Shown here: piece by piece, positions 37,325-47,674 of the stretch
Numbering within the stretch: position 1 is the stretch's first letter
Layout of the letters: each line of letters starts with the position of its first letter
Assembly (NCBI GenBank): GCA_045586345.1
Contig: JAZNAD010000047.1
Coordinates: forward strand, 1-53,396
Reading direction: 5' to 3'
Length of the DNA: 53,396 nucleotides
DNA from: Eubacteriales bacterium
Lineage (GTDB): Bacteria > Bacillota > Clostridia > Oscillospirales > CAG-272
Program-made: the position numbers and the translations under genes
Notes under the pieces: model-generated
What the model was told of the DNA's origin: nothing
Seen by the model: the letters and a program-made list of their open reading frames with translations, nothing else
The model's database searches: none

Positions 37325-39895
37325 ATGGCACATGAGCATAAAGCGCAGGGTGACGATCTTTCCTTTCCCCTGCAGAAAATAGAAAACCGCTATATGGAGA
37401 AGGAGGTCAGACAGGCCTTCCTCGAATATTCCATGAGCGTTATCACCTCGCGTGCACTCCCCGATGTGCGCGACGGGATGAAGCCGGGTCAGCGCCGCAT
37501 CATGTACGCAATGTACGAGGACGGTCTCACCCATGATAAGCCCTTCCGTAAATCGGCCACCACGGTCGGTAACGTGCTGGGCCGCTACCATCCGCACGGT
37601 GACTCGGCTGTGTACGACACGATGGTGCGTATGGCGCAGTCCTTCTCGCTCCGCTATCCTCTTGTTGAGGGTCACGGTAACTTCGGTAACGTTGACGGCG
37701 ACCCTGCCGCCGCCTACCGTTACACCGAGGCGAGAATGGAGCGGATCGCCGCTCATATGATGAGCGACATCGAGAAGAACGTCGTCGACTTTGCCCCGAA
37801 CTTCGATAACAGCCGCCGTGAGCCGACCGTGCTCCCCTCACGCTTCCCGAACATCCTCGTGAACGGGTCGGTGGGTATCGCCGTCGGTATGGCGACCAAC
37901 ATCCCGCCGCATAACCTTTCCGAGGTCATTGACGGCACCGTCTACCGGATGGACCACCCCGAGTGCTCGGTTGAGGAGCTGATGCAGTACATCAAGGGGC
38001 CCGACTTCCCGACCTACGGTCTCATCTACGGTTCGCGCGGCATGTACGATGCCTATGCGACTGGCCGCGGCCGCGTGATCGTGCGCGCACGGGCGCGCAT
38101 TGAGGAGAGCGAGCACCGCATCATCGTCACCGAGATCCCGTATATGGTGAACAAGAGTCAGCTCGCCGCGTCGATGGCTGACCTCGTGAAGGATAAGAAG
38201 ATTGAGGGCATCACCGACATCCGTGACGAATCGGGCCGTGCCGGTATGCGCATCGTGGTGGAATATCGCCGCGATGCGAACGGTGAGGTCATCCTCAATC
38301 AGCTCTATAAGTATACCCAGCTGCAGAGCACCTGTGCCGTCAATATGCTGGCACTCGTCGGCGGTGAGCCGAAGGTCCTTTCGCTCCCCGATATTCTTGA
38401 CCATTACATCCACCATCAGGAGGACGTCATCACCCGCCGCACTCGCTTTGAGCTTGAGAAATCGCTCGCCGAGATGCATATCTTTGAGGGCTACAAGATC
38501 GCCCTCGACCATATCGACGAGGTGATTGAAATCATCCGCCGGTCGGCCTCGATCCCCGAGGCGAAGGAAAAGCTGTGTTCCTCCTTCGGTCTTTCCGAGG
38601 CGCAGGCGCAGGCCATCGTCGAGATGACGCTCGGTAAGCTTTCCGGCCTTGAAAGACAGAAGATCGAGGATAGACTCGAGAAGCTCACCGTCCGCGTTGC
38701 CGAGCTGCGCGCGATCCTCGCCGATGAGGAGAAGGTCAAGGAGATCATCCGCGAGGAGCTTTTGACGGTCAAGGACAAGTACGGCGATGCCCGCCGCACC
38801 GAGCTTGTCGAGGCGACCGACGAGATCGACCTCGAGGACCTCATTCCGCGCCACACCTGCGTCATTACCCTGACCCACGGCGGCTATATCAAGCGCCAGC
38901 CCGCCACCACCTATTCGGCACAGCATCGCGGCGGTAAGGGCATTATGGGTATGACGACGAAGGAGGAGGACTTCGTTGAGAACGTCCTCGTCGCAAACAG
39001 CCACGAATACCTGATGTTCTTTACGAACCTTGGCAAGGTCTATACGAGAAAGGCCTATCGCATCCCCGAGGCCTCGCGTACCGCCAAGGGCACCAATATC
39101 GTCAACATCCTCGAGCTTGAGGAGGGCGAGAAGATCACGGCCATCATTCCGATCGCCGCCTTCTCGGACGAGGAGTACCTCACGATGATCACCAAGCGCG
39201 GTATCATCAAGCGTACCCTGCTTTCCGAGTACGAATACCAGCGCCGTGGCGGTAAGCGCGCCCTCGTCCTTGACGAAGGCGACGAGCTCCTCTTTGTCCG
39301 CCATACGAAGGGCGGCGGCGACCTCATCCTCGCTACGAGGCACGGTCTTGCCACCCGCTTCACCGAGGAAAATGTGCGCGTGATGGGCCGTGTGACCCGC
39401 GGCGTGCGCGGCATCTCGCTCCGCGAGGATGACGAGGTCGTCGGTGTTGCCATCGTGGAAGAAGGTAAACAATTCCTTACGATTACAGAAAAAGGCTTCG
39501 GAAAGCGGTCGGATTTTGACGAATTCCGTTCCATGAAGAACCGTGGCGGCCTTGGCGTTGCCTGCCACAACATTACGGAGAAGACAGGCAATCTTGCCGC
39601 CGTCGCCTCTGTGGACGAGGAGGATGACATCATGCTGATCACCTCGGGCGGCGTCATTATCCGCACACCCGTTGCGGGCATCCCGAGCTACTCGCGTACG
39701 GCGGGCGGCGTTATTGTGATGCGCCTCTCGGAGGACGAGAAGGTCGTGACCTTCACCCGTCTTGAGAAGGAAGAAAAGATCGAGGAGGAGATCGAGGCAG
39801 CCCCTGCCGATGAGCTCGAGGCTCCCGTTTTCGTGCCGAGTGAGGCCGAGGACACCGAGAGCGGCGCTCCCGCCACCGAGGAGGCCGACGGATGA
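37325..39895 (+). CDS. gyrA: DNA gyrase subunit A
   Basis: 856 aa with [10 protein letters not shown] (active-site Tyr region) and an acidic C-terminal tail. Confidence 0.97.
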   Translation: MAHEHKAQGDDLSFPLQKIENRYMEKEVRQAFLEYSMSVITSRALPDVRDGMKPGQRRIMYAMYEDGLTHDKPFRKSATTVGNVLGRYHPHGDSAVYDTMVRMAQSFSLRYPLVEGHGNFGNVDGDPAAAYRYTEARMERIAAHMMSDIEKNVVDFAPNFDNSRREPTVLPSRFPNILVNGSVGIAVGMATNIPPHNLSEVIDGTVYRMDHPECSVEELMQYIKGPDFPTYGLIYGSRGMYDAYATGRGRVIVRARARIEESEHRIIVTEIPYMVNKSQLAASMADLVKDKKIEGITDIRDESGRAGMRIVVEYRRDANGEVILNQLYKYTQLQSTCAVNMLALVGGEPKVLSLPDILDHYIHHQEDVITRRTRFELEKSLAEMHIFEGYKIALDHIDEVIEIIRRSASIPEAKEKLCSSFGLSEAQAQAIVEMTLGKLSGLERQKIEDRLEKLTVRVAELRAILADEEKVKEIIREELLTVKDKYGDARRTELVEATDEIDLEDLIPRHTCVITLTHGGYIKRQPATTYSAQHRGGKGIMGMTTKEEDFVENVLVANSHEYLMFFTNLGKVYTRKAYRIPEASRTAKGTNIVNILELEEGEKITAIIPIAAFSDEEYLTMITKRGIIKRTLLSEYEYQRRGGKRALVLDEGDELLFVRHTKGGGDLILATRHGLATRFTEENVRVMGRVTRGVRGISLREDDEVVGVAIVEEGKQFLTITEKGFGKRSDFDEFRSMKNRGGLGVACHNITEKTGNLAAVASVDEEDDIMLITSGGVIIRTPVAGIPSYSRTAGGVIVMRLSEDEKVVTFTRLEKEEKIEEEIEAAPADELEAPVFVPSEAEDTESGAPATEEADG

Positions 39896-40518
39896 AGCGC
39901 GCCTTAGCCCTTCTTCTCTCGCTCCTTTTCCTCCTTCCCCTCACCGCCTGCGGCGGCGGAGGCGACTATGTGACTGAGGTGGAGATCCTCCCGGTAGCCC
40001 GCGACCTGATCGCGCGGTCGGTGCCGGTGAACATCGCCTTCCTCGGTGACGGCATCCCCGTTGCCCCGGGCGCGATCGCCATCGGGAAGTATTATCCAAC
40101 CGACGAAGCGTGGCTTGCCTCCTACGGCATTACCTGTCTTGATGAGCTGAAGGCCGAGGCGGAAGCCGTCTACTCAGCGCCCCTCGTCGCGGTCCTCTAC
40201 GCGAAGGCCTTCCCCGAGGGGAACGTCTACTACGATTATCAGGAGCGCTCGATCGCACAGGGGAAGGGGATCCTGATCCTTGCCGAGCGCGAGCCCATGC
40301 TCTCCTGGTACAGCGGTGTGTCCCACGAGTATCTCTATGACACGATGACGCTGACCGACGCCGGCACCGACCGCGCCGAGATCACGCTCGACGTCAAGGT
40401 GACGAAGGATGGCGAGACCAGGACCCACAGCCTCGAGCTCACGCTCGTCTTGACCGAGGGGGGCTGGCGGTGCGATACCTTCACCCCGGTAGCATTCCAA
40501 ACCGTTGACGAAGAATAA
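39892..40518 (+). CDS. lipoprotein of unknown function
   Basis: [26 protein letters not shown] has lipobox LTAC. Its ATG overlaps the gyrA stop. Confidence 0.75.
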   Translation: MKRALALLLSLLFLLPLTACGGGGDYVTEVEILPVARDLIARSVPVNIAFLGDGIPVAPGAIAIGKYYPTDEAWLASYGITCLDELKAEAEAVYSAPLVAVLYAKAFPEGNVYYDYQERSIAQGKGILILAEREPMLSWYSGVSHEYLYDTMTLTDAGTDRAEITLDVKVTKDGETRTHSLELTLVLTEGGWRCDTFTPVAFQTVDEE

Positions 40519-40553
40519 GAAATATAAAAATCACACAGAAAGGTTCTACGAAG

Positions 40554-41162
40554 ATGAAGTACAATGAGAAAATCGTGGCACTCAGAAAGGCCAACGGCTT
40601 CACTCAGGAGGGATTCGCCCGCGCAGTCGGCGTGACGCGTCAGGCGGTCTACAAATGGGAGGTCGGTGATTCCTATCCCGAGGCGGAGAAGCTGATCGCC
40701 ATCAAGCTGCTCTTTGGGATTAGCATCGACGACCTGCTTGATGATACCTATGAGGTGATCGTGGAGAAGGCGAAGAAGCCCGCTCGCAAGAAGACGCTTC
40801 CTCCCGCCCCCGTGGCCAAGGCCGAGCCCGTTGCTGAGCCTGAGCCTGTGGTCGAGCCTGCTCCCGTGGTAGAGCCTGCTCCCGTGGTAGAGCCCGTTCC
40901 CGCTCCCTTTGTGGCAGATGAGCCCGCGACCTTTGCTCCTGCACCGGCCCCTGTGGTCGAGCCCGAGCCCGAGGCTGAGCCCGTGCCTGCACCGGTGCCC
41001 GTGGTTGAGCCTGCTCCTGCTCCTGCTCCTGCTCCCGCTCCCGCCTCGGCCCCTGCCGTTACCTCCGAGGACGACCTTGACGAGTTCGGCTTTGAGGCCA
41101 CTGAGAACACGACGGGTGCGAAGGAAGGGAATTTGTTCGACGTCTTCCTGAAAAACAAATAA
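40554..41162 (+). CDS. XRE-family HTH regulator with long Pro/Ala/Val/Glu repeat tail
   Basis: The N-terminal HTH_3 region reads LRKANGFTQEGFARAVGVTRQAVYKWEVG. The C-terminal ~120 aa are low-complexity repeats. Confidence 0.8.
   Translation: MKYNEKIVALRKANGFTQEGFARAVGVTRQAVYKWEVGDSYPEAEKLIAIKLLFGISIDDLLDDTYEVIVEKAKKPARKKTLPPAPVAKAEPVAEPEPVVEPAPVVEPAPVVEPVPAPFVADEPATFAPAPAPVVEPEPEAEPVPAPVPVVEPAPAPAPAPAPASAPAVTSEDDLDEFGFEATENTTGAKEGNLFDVFLKNK
40845..41042 (+). repeat. in-frame coding tandem repeats: 18-nt unit x3 (PVVEPA) and (GCTCCY)5 hexanucleotide run (APAPAPAPAP)
   Basis: The 18-nt units lie at 40845-62, 40863-80 and 40881-98. The hexanucleotide run lies at 41013-41042. Confidence 0.85.
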
Positions 41163-41387
41163 AAGCCGTAAAATCGGCGCTTTTTCTCGCGCTTGCTCGC
41201 TCGAAAAACGACAACTTAAAAAGAACCTTGTGTATGCCGGGGGCGGTCACGCCCCGCCCCCTGCGCCTTGTTGCACCCGAGGATAGCACTCACGCGTTTT
41301 CCTTAACGCGCGAGATTTTCGGCTATGCAGTGAATAGACCGCCCTTTTTTGGCATATACTTCCTCTGAATACTGCGAGGAGATGTGT

Positions 41388-41642
41388 ATGGTCAAAGGAT
41401 GTGAAAAGCGTGTCGTGAGGCTGCAAAAGCCTGACAGCCGTTGGTTTGAAGAGGTATTTTTCGTGCTGAGGGACGATCCCTCGGTCATTCCGCGTGACGC
41501 GGATATCGTGACCGAGGCAAACCGCCTCCTTGAGACGGTGGAGTCGAAGCGTCCACGGCGGCGTGCTCGCTTCTCTCCCCTCCCCTTTTTGCTTGGTGCA
41601 GCGCTCGGCGCTGTGTCTCTTCTCCCTTTTCTTTTGTGTTGA
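41388..41642 (+). CDS. small protein with C-terminal membrane anchor, unknown function
   Basis: Start trimmed to MVKGCEKRVVRLQKPDSRWFEEVFFVLRDD, 7 nt after GAGGAG. The hydrophobic C-terminus reads LPFLLGAALGAVSLLPFLL. Confidence 0.6.
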   Translation: MVKGCEKRVVRLQKPDSRWFEEVFFVLRDDPSVIPRDADIVTEANRLLETVESKRPRRRARFSPLPFLLGAALGAVSLLPFLLC

Positions 41643-41769
41643 TTTTTATTCCCGCCGACGGCGTCCCTCGGGAGCACGGCGGGGCCTACATAAAAAAGAA
41701 ATAAGCCCGAGGGATACCGTCCGTCGCGGCGGGTATCCTTGCGGATGAATTCCGAATTCATCCCGATCG

Positions 41770-41794
41770 GGGGAGCGATTTCGCTCCCCATTTT
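41770..41794 (+). terminator. intrinsic terminator GGGGAGCG-attt-CGCTCCCC + ATTTT
   Basis: A perfect 8-bp stem followed by a U-rich tract. Confidence 0.6.
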
Positions 41795-41835
41795 CGGTTT
41801 CGTATACCTTGCGCCGCGACAGAAATGGATAGCAA

Positions 41836-43860
41836 ATGGAAAAAATGAAAAAACAGGTGCATGGCGCCGAGAAGCCGATTGCCGCGCCCGGCAAGGCCGA
41901 AGCCGCGCCGAAGAAAAAAGGCGCGCCGAGACGTACCGAGGCGGCGTCCGTTCCGCCGCAGCCCACAAAAAAGAAGAAGCCGGCCGCGGACGAGGCCGCT
42001 GTGACGGCTGCCAAAAGGCCACGTAAGGAAGCGCCGAAGGCGGAGGCAAGAAAGACGCCGAGGTCAGTCGGGAAAGCTCCCGCCTCCTACCCTGTGACCC
42101 CATCACCAAGGACGGCGAAGAAGCCGTCGGCGAAGGGCGCGGCGGCAGCCGGGGCATCTGTCCCCTCCGTGAAGGGGAGCAGGCGGAGCAAAAAGCCGCA
42201 AGCGAAGCTCCGCGTCGTCTTCCTCGGTGGGCTTCACGAGATCGGCAAGAACATGTGCGCCATCGAGTACGGCAACGATATCGTCGTCATTGACGCCGGC
42301 ATCGCCTTCCCCGATGAGGAGATGCTTGGGGTCGATCTTGTCATTCCCGACATCACCTATCTCACCGAGAACGCCCATCGCGTGCGCGGCGTGCTTCTCA
42401 CTCACGGGCACGAGGACCACATCGGCGGCGTGCCCTATCTTCTGCGCGAGCTTCATGTGCCTGTCTACGGTACGGCGCTGACGCTCGGCATCCTCGGCCA
42501 CAAGCTCGAGGAGATGCACCTCCCGAAGAAGCCCGATCTCCGTCGCGTGAAGGCGGGGGATACCGTCACGCTCGGCGCGTTCCGTGCCGAATTTGTGCAC
42601 GTCAACCACTCGATTCCCGACGCCTCGGCCATCGCGCTCACTACCCCCGTCGGTACGGTCTTTCATACCGGCGACTATAAGCTCGATGTCTCGCCGATCG
42701 GCGGACGGATGATGGATCTTGGGCGGATCGCCAGGATCGGTGACGAGGGAGTTCTGCTCCTTCTTGGGGAATCGACCAACGCCGAGCGCGTCGGCTACAC
42801 GCCCTCCGAGCGCCGGGTCGGGAATTCGCTCGAGCATCTTTTTATGAAATACCCCGACCGCCGCCTTGTGGTGGCGACCTTCTCGTCGAATGTCCACCGC
42901 GTCCAGCAGATCATTGACGCCTCGGTGCGTCACGGGCGGCACGTGGTGGTCTTTGGCCGCAGCATGACAAACGTTGTCGGTGCGGCGGTCGAGCTCGGCT
43001 ATATCACCGCCCCCGAGGGGACGATCATTGGGCCGCAGGATATGAAGCGCTATACCCCCGCGCAGCTTACCCTCCTGACGACCGGGAGCCAGGGCGAGCC
43101 GATGTCGGCCCTCTACCGGATGGCCTTTGGCGCGCACGACCGCGTGACGCTCTCGTCGCAGGATGTTGTGGTGCTTTCGTCGTCCGCCATCCCCGGCAAC
43201 GAGAAGTTGATAGGCAAGATCATCAACACCCTCATTGCCTCGGGCATCCGCGTTGAGAACGACGATTCGATCGAGGGCATTCACGTGTCGGGCCATGCCT
43301 GCAGCGAGGAGCTGAAGCTGATGATCGCCCTCACCCGTCCGCGCTTCTTTATGCCCATCCATGGTGAAGCACGCCACCTCTTTGCCCACAAGGAGATCGC
43401 CGAATTCATGGGCATCGCCCCCGAGAATATCTTCCTCGGCGAGAACGGCCGCGTGCTCGAGCTTGACGGCGAGCATGCCGCCTTTGCGGGGAGCGTTCCC
43501 GCCGGCCGTGTGATGGTCGACGGCGCAGGCATCGGGGATGTCGGAACCGCCGTGCTCCGCGACCGCAAGCTGCTGTCGGAGGACGGACTCATTGCCGTCG
43601 TTGCCACCGTCGATCGCCACGAGGGGCTCATTATGGCGGGCCCCGAGATGATCTCGCGCGGTTTTGTTTACGTTAAGGAGGCCGAGGGCCTGATGGACGA
43701 AGCACGCGCCCTCGCCGCCAAAACGCTCGAAGGAATGCTCCACCGCGGTGTCTTTGACTTCAATGAAATGAAGAACGGCATTAAGGAGGAGCTCTCGCGC
43801 CTGCTCTTTAAGAAGACACGGCGCCGTCCGATGATCCTGCCGATCATCCTTGATCTCTGA
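41836..43860 (+). CDS. rnj: ribonuclease J (beta-CASP metallo-beta-lactamase) with ~120-aa basic N-terminal extension
   Basis: The core starts at KLRVVFLGGLHEIGKNM and carries HGHEDHIGG. No in-frame Met lies between the N-terminus and the core. Confidence 0.88.
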   Translation: MEKMKKQVHGAEKPIAAPGKAEAAPKKKGAPRRTEAASVPPQPTKKKKPAADEAAVTAAKRPRKEAPKAEARKTPRSVGKAPASYPVTPSPRTAKKPSAKGAAAAGASVPSVKGSRRSKKPQAKLRVVFLGGLHEIGKNMCAIEYGNDIVVIDAGIAFPDEEMLGVDLVIPDITYLTENAHRVRGVLLTHGHEDHIGGVPYLLRELHVPVYGTALTLGILGHKLEEMHLPKKPDLRRVKAGDTVTLGAFRAEFVHVNHSIPDASAIALTTPVGTVFHTGDYKLDVSPIGGRMMDLGRIARIGDEGVLLLLGESTNAERVGYTPSERRVGNSLEHLFMKYPDRRLVVATFSSNVHRVQQIIDASVRHGRHVVVFGRSMTNVVGAAVELGYITAPEGTIIGPQDMKRYTPAQLTLLTTGSQGEPMSALYRMAFGAHDRVTLSSQDVVVLSSSAIPGNEKLIGKIINTLIASGIRVENDDSIEGIHVSGHACSEELKLMIALTRPRFFMPIHGEARHLFAHKEIAEFMGIAPENIFLGENGRVLELDGEHAAFAGSVPAGRVMVDGAGIGDVGTAVLRDRKLLSEDGLIAVVATVDRHEGLIMAGPEMISRGFVYVKEAEGLMDEARALAAKTLEGMLHRGVFDFNEMKNGIKEELSRLLFKKTRRRPMILPIILDL

Positions 43861-44417
43861 TGCTGACGGTCCGTTGCATTGAGATCGGCGAGGCGCTGGC
43901 GCTCACAGCCCCTCTCCCCGCGGGGGCGCAAGGCTATGCCGAAGCACCGAAGAACGACGGCGTCAGGGCACAGCGTCTTGCGGGGCTCCGGCTTCTTTCG
44001 GAGGTCTATCGCGAGGCGACGGGAACTCCCCTGCCCTCCCTTGTCTTCGGCGAGCGCGGAAAGCCGTCGTCTGCCGGCGGAGAGCTCTCCTTCAATCTGA
44101 CCCACGCGGGGCGGCTGGTGGCCGTCGCGCTTGACTCCTCGGAGCTTGGCATCGACCTTGAGGCCTACGGCGACACCGACGAAGGACGCGCCGAACGCCT
44201 GCTTTTGCTCTTTAACGACCGCGAGCGCGCCCTTGTGGCCGCCTCCCCCGATGCCCGGCGCGCCGCCGTTGAGATCTTCGTCCGGAAGGAAGCGCTGTCC
44301 AAAAAGGATGGCCGCGGCTTACCCGTTCTCCGCCGTATGGACGGGTCACAGCCCCCACGCTACGAGGCGCGTCCGCGCGATGCCGAGGGGCGCGAGTATT
44401 ATTTGTGTGTGTACTGA
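43860..44417 (+). CDS. 4'-phosphopantetheinyl transferase (Sfp-type)
   Basis: FNLTHAGRLVAVALDSSELGIDLE and FVRKEALSKKDG motifs are present. Its start overlaps the RNase J stop. Confidence 0.75.
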   Translation: MLTVRCIEIGEALALTAPLPAGAQGYAEAPKNDGVRAQRLAGLRLLSEVYREATGTPLPSLVFGERGKPSSAGGELSFNLTHAGRLVAVALDSSELGIDLEAYGDTDEGRAERLLLLFNDRERALVAASPDARRAAVEIFVRKEALSKKDGRGLPVLRRMDGSQPPRYEARPRDAEGREYYLCVY

Positions 44418-44446
44418 AGAAGAGAGGTGCCCGGCACCTCTCTTCT
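44417..44446. terminator. hairpin AAGAAGAGAGGTGCC-cg-GCACCTCTCTTCTT
   Basis: A long perfect stem immediately after the PPTase stop. Confidence 0.65.
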
Positions 44447-44617
44447 TGCTTGCGCAGGGCTTCGGATCTTGGCATAACCGAAACGGGAGCTGCCGGGTGC
44501 CGCTCGTTTCTTTCACCGCCTCCTCCCCCGATGTACTTTTTGTACGCCTGTGGGTCGGAGAACCGCAATTTCTGCCGAAGATCCGCGTGCCTTTGTGCAA
44601 AAGCTTGCTCGCAAAAG

Positions 44618-44644
44618 AAAAAACGCCCCTACGGGAGCGTTTTT
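44618..44644 (-). terminator. intrinsic terminator of the antiporter gene
   Basis: Minus strand: AAAAACGCTCCC-gta-GGGGCGTTTTTT. Confidence 0.7.
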
Positions 44645-44659
44645 AGTATTGTGTAAACC

Positions 44660-45652
44660 TTACATTGCAAATTGCAGAGTGCAGAAGGCGGCATAGACGC
44701 CGAGCAGAGCGATACCCTGCCAGCGGTAGAGCTTACCGCGGAGGAGGGCAGGCAGGGTGAGCAGCACCATGACAGCGAGCATCACGGGGATATCGAGGAC
44801 GAGCGACGCCGGATGGCCGAAGAGCGCGGTGCCGGCGGGAACATCGAAGGGCGAAAGAGCGACCGACACACCGCTGACGAGCACAAGGTTGAAGATATTA
44901 GCACCGATGATGTTGCCGAGCGAGAGTGCACCGTGCCCCTTAGTGAGCGCGGTGATAGCGGTGACAAGCTCTGGGAGAGATGTTCCGAGCGCCACGAAGG
45001 TCAGCGCAATGACCGATTCGGGAACGCCGATCGCCTCGGCGATCTTCGTACCGTTATCGACGAGGAGGTCGGCACCGAGAGCAATGAGCGCCGCGCCGAG
45101 TACAAGCTTTGCGAGCGCTGTAAGAAGCGAAAGCTCGGGCAGATCGTCATCGTGGACGTCGGTTTCCGGCATCGGATTTTCGGGTGAGACGGCGAGGGGA
45201 GCGCGCCGTGCGGCGATGACCTGCAGGGTCATATATCCGAGGAAGACCGCGAGCAGAACGAAGCCGATCCAACGCGGGAAGCGGCCGAGGGCGTACGCCG
45301 AGATGAGGTAGATCGCGGCTGAGCCGAAGAAGAAGATCACCGGCACCCGGAGGGCGTGGCCGGGGGCGGCGGTGGGGCGGATGGCAATGGTGATAGCGGC
45401 GATCAGCGCCGTGTTACAGATGATCGAGCCGATGGCGTTGCCGTAGGCGATCTCGCCGTGACCCGAAATGGCCGATGTGGCCGATACCATGACCTCGGGG
45501 AGTGTCGTACCGATCGAAACGACGGTCGCGCCGATAAGGAGCTCGGGCACGTGAAAGCGGTGAGCGATGCTTGTTGCCCCCTCGACGAACCAGTCGCCGC
45601 CCTTGATAAGCAGGAGGAGGCCTAAGGCAAACAGCATGATCTGATCGTACAT
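44660..45652 (-). CDS. calcium/sodium:cation antiporter (CaCA, YrbG-like)
   Basis: Start trimmed to MYDQIMLFALGLLLLIKGGDWFVEGATSIAHRF. Alpha-repeat motifs GTTLPE and GTSLPELV are present. Confidence 0.85.
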   Translation of the reverse strand: MYDQIMLFALGLLLLIKGGDWFVEGATSIAHRFHVPELLIGATVVSIGTTLPEVMVSATSAISGHGEIAYGNAIGSIICNTALIAAITIAIRPTAAPGHALRVPVIFFFGSAAIYLISAYALGRFPRWIGFVLLAVFLGYMTLQVIAARRAPLAVSPENPMPETDVHDDDLPELSLLTALAKLVLGAALIALGADLLVDNGTKIAEAIGVPESVIALTFVALGTSLPELVTAITALTKGHGALSLGNIIGANIFNLVLVSGVSVALSPFDVPAGTALFGHPASLVLDIPVMLAVMVLLTLPALLRGKLYRWQGIALLGVYAAFCTLQFAM

Positions 45653-45888
45653 AAGGGTTTCCTTTCCTTTTGAGAATGCGGTAGCGCGTCCAGCGGGGAG
45701 GGATGACGCTGTCGGATTCCGTAGAGCTGTGTCGATGCGCACCTCTACTATCATATCATAGGTCAGCGGAAAATGCAACAGGGTTTCTTTTGTGAAAAAT
45801 CGGTCGATACGGTTGCCAAGCGCCGAAAAATAAGGTATAATAGAAGCATAACAGAAACAAAGGCATATCTCGGGAAAGGAGGACGGCT

Positions 45889-46770
45889 ATGGTGAAAAAA
45901 GAATGCCTCTCAAGGATCTCGGCGCTGCATTACGGAAAGCTGGTTCTGCGCTCCCTGATGCTTGTGCTTGCCTTGGTCTTTTATATCCTCGGCCGCATCC
46001 GCGGCGTCGAACGGCCGCTTGCCTTCCTCTCGCGCCTTTCCTGGCTGCATCTCGCGATCCTTTTTGTATTCGCCGTCGAGATGCTTCTCCGCTTCTTCCC
46101 CTCGCGCCTTGAGAGCATGGGGTGCCAGAAGCAGTTCCGCCGCAACTACCGTCCCACCGAAGCCGCCGAGCGCCTCACGGAGGAGGGCGGTCGGTTTGCC
46201 CTCGGCACATGGCGGTCGACTCTGGCCGTGGCGGGCGCATGGCTTGGCCTCAACGGCATCTTCGCCGCCCTCTTTTACACGGGTGTCATCGACGCCGGGA
46301 TCCTCATCCTGATCTCGCTCTTCTACTCGGTCGCAGACATGATCTGCATTCTTTTCTTCTGCCCCTTCCAGACATGGTTCATGAAGAACAAGTGCTGTGC
46401 CTCCTGCCGCATCTACAACTGGGATTACGCCATGATGTTCACCCCCCTCGCACTCATCCCGAACATCGTCACGGTCTCGCTCTTTGCCATGGCACTTACA
46501 CTTCTTATTTTCTGGGAGATTGCCGTCGCGCGCCATCCCGAGCGCTTCTCCCCGGCCACTAACCGCGCCCTCCTCTGCGCCAACTGCCCCGAGAAGCTCT
46601 GCCACCATAAGCGCCAGCTCCGTTCCTTCTTAAAGAAGAATGCGGAAAGGATCCGTTTCCGCGAGAGCCTGGCTCTCGCCCGTGCCAAGGCGCGCCGCCT
46701 CCTTCGTCTCGATAAGGACAAGGGAACACCCCCGGACGGAGCCCCACCCGAGAGCACGACAAAAGAGTAA
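45889..46770 (+). CDS. integral membrane protein of unknown function
   Basis: 293-aa ORF after GGAGG with multiple TM segments and the motif CCASCRIYNWDY. Confidence 0.65.
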   Translation: MVKKECLSRISALHYGKLVLRSLMLVLALVFYILGRIRGVERPLAFLSRLSWLHLAILFVFAVEMLLRFFPSRLESMGCQKQFRRNYRPTEAAERLTEEGGRFALGTWRSTLAVAGAWLGLNGIFAALFYTGVIDAGILILISLFYSVADMICILFFCPFQTWFMKNKCCASCRIYNWDYAMMFTPLALIPNIVTVSLFAMALTLLIFWEIAVARHPERFSPATNRALLCANCPEKLCHHKRQLRSFLKKNAERIRFRESLALARAKARRLLRLDKDKGTPPDGAPPESTTKE

Positions 46771-46783
46771 ACAAAACCATGCA

Positions 46784-46820
46784 AAAAAGAAGGACATGTC
46801 GTAAGACGTGTCCTTCTTTT
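46784..46820. terminator. bidirectional terminator AGAAGGACATGTC-gtaa-GACGTGTCCTTCT
   Basis: A 13-bp stem flanked by A- and T-runs between convergent genes. Confidence 0.75.
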
Positions 46821-46822
46821 GT

Positions 46823-47674
46823 TTAATACAGCCGCCAAGCAGGGAGGGCCGGTGAGACGTGCTCTCTGTCGGCGGCATCGGTGATGGCGGCAAGGATCAC
46901 CTCGGCATACGCTGTGTGGCCTCGATCGTTCGGGAGACCCGTGTGCTCGCCCTCGGTGTGCACAAGGGTCGCATCGGCGGTGAAGGCGGGGCGTACGTCG
47001 GCGGTCACGAGACCGTAGTGGGCGGCGAGCGAAAGGATCGCCTCGGCCTCTTCATCTGTTGCTGAGTGGGGTATGACGAGCAGGATATCACAATAGGGAC
47101 GCGACGAACGGATGCCGCGGATCATGCTCTCAAGATCGGGGGTGAAGCCGCGACCGAAGGTGGCCCCCTCAGTAGCGCTGACGTTATCGCTGCTCGGTGC
47201 AAGGATCGCCAGGCGGAAGTTGAGGGGCGAGGCGATCAGGTCAGCAAGACCGATCTCAAACGAGGGAGTGATGTGAGGGTACACGCGGCCGAGGAAGCCC
47301 TCGGGGGCACAGTAGAGCTCGCGCAGTCCCGCGCGGATCTGCAGGCGGTAGGGGTAGGCCGAGGTGTCATTGCGCTCACCGTAGAAGTCGGAGGCCCCGT
47401 AGCCAAAGATCGTGGCATCCCCAAAATAGAGTAGCTCGAAGTCCGAGATCCCCTGCGAGAGCAGGCGGTAGCCCGAGAGGAGCGAGGGCGGCGTGGTAGA
47501 CGGCGCCGTGACGATCGGCTGCCCGTTTTCCTTCTCCCGGCGCTCCTCCTCAAGGCGACGCCGTTCGACGGCGTCGCCGATCAATGCTACCGCAAGCATC
47601 ACGGAAAGTGCAACCATTAGCGCAAGCGCTGTGACCGTAAGCAAACGCCGCGTTTTCTTCGTCAGTCGCTTCAT
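46823..47674 (-). CDS. membrane-anchored protein, possible SGNH-hydrolase fold
   Basis: There is an N-terminal TM segment, then LLYFGDATIFGYG (GDS-like block). Its ATG overlaps the upstream stop. The functional call is weak. Confidence 0.55.
   Translation of the reverse strand: MKRLTKKTRRLLTVTALALMVALSVMLAVALIGDAVERRRLEEERREKENGQPIVTAPSTTPPSLLSGYRLLSQGISDFELLYFGDATIFGYGASDFYGERNDTSAYPYRLQIRAGLRELYCAPEGFLGRVYPHITPSFEIGLADLIASPLNFRLAILAPSSDNVSATEGATFGRGFTPDLESMIRGIRSSRPYCDILLVIPHSATDEEAEAILSLAAHYGLVTADVRPAFTADATLVHTEGEHTGLPNDRGHTAYAEVILAAITDAADREHVSPALPAWRLY

Noticed and set aside
37838-39568. 576-aa minus-strand ORF inside gyrA
   Set aside because: It is an antisense shadow ORF.
42103-43743. 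546-aa minus-strand ORF inside RNase J (also 41303..42157, 284 aa)
   Set aside because: It is an antisense shadow ORF with Arg/Gly/Pro-rich composition.
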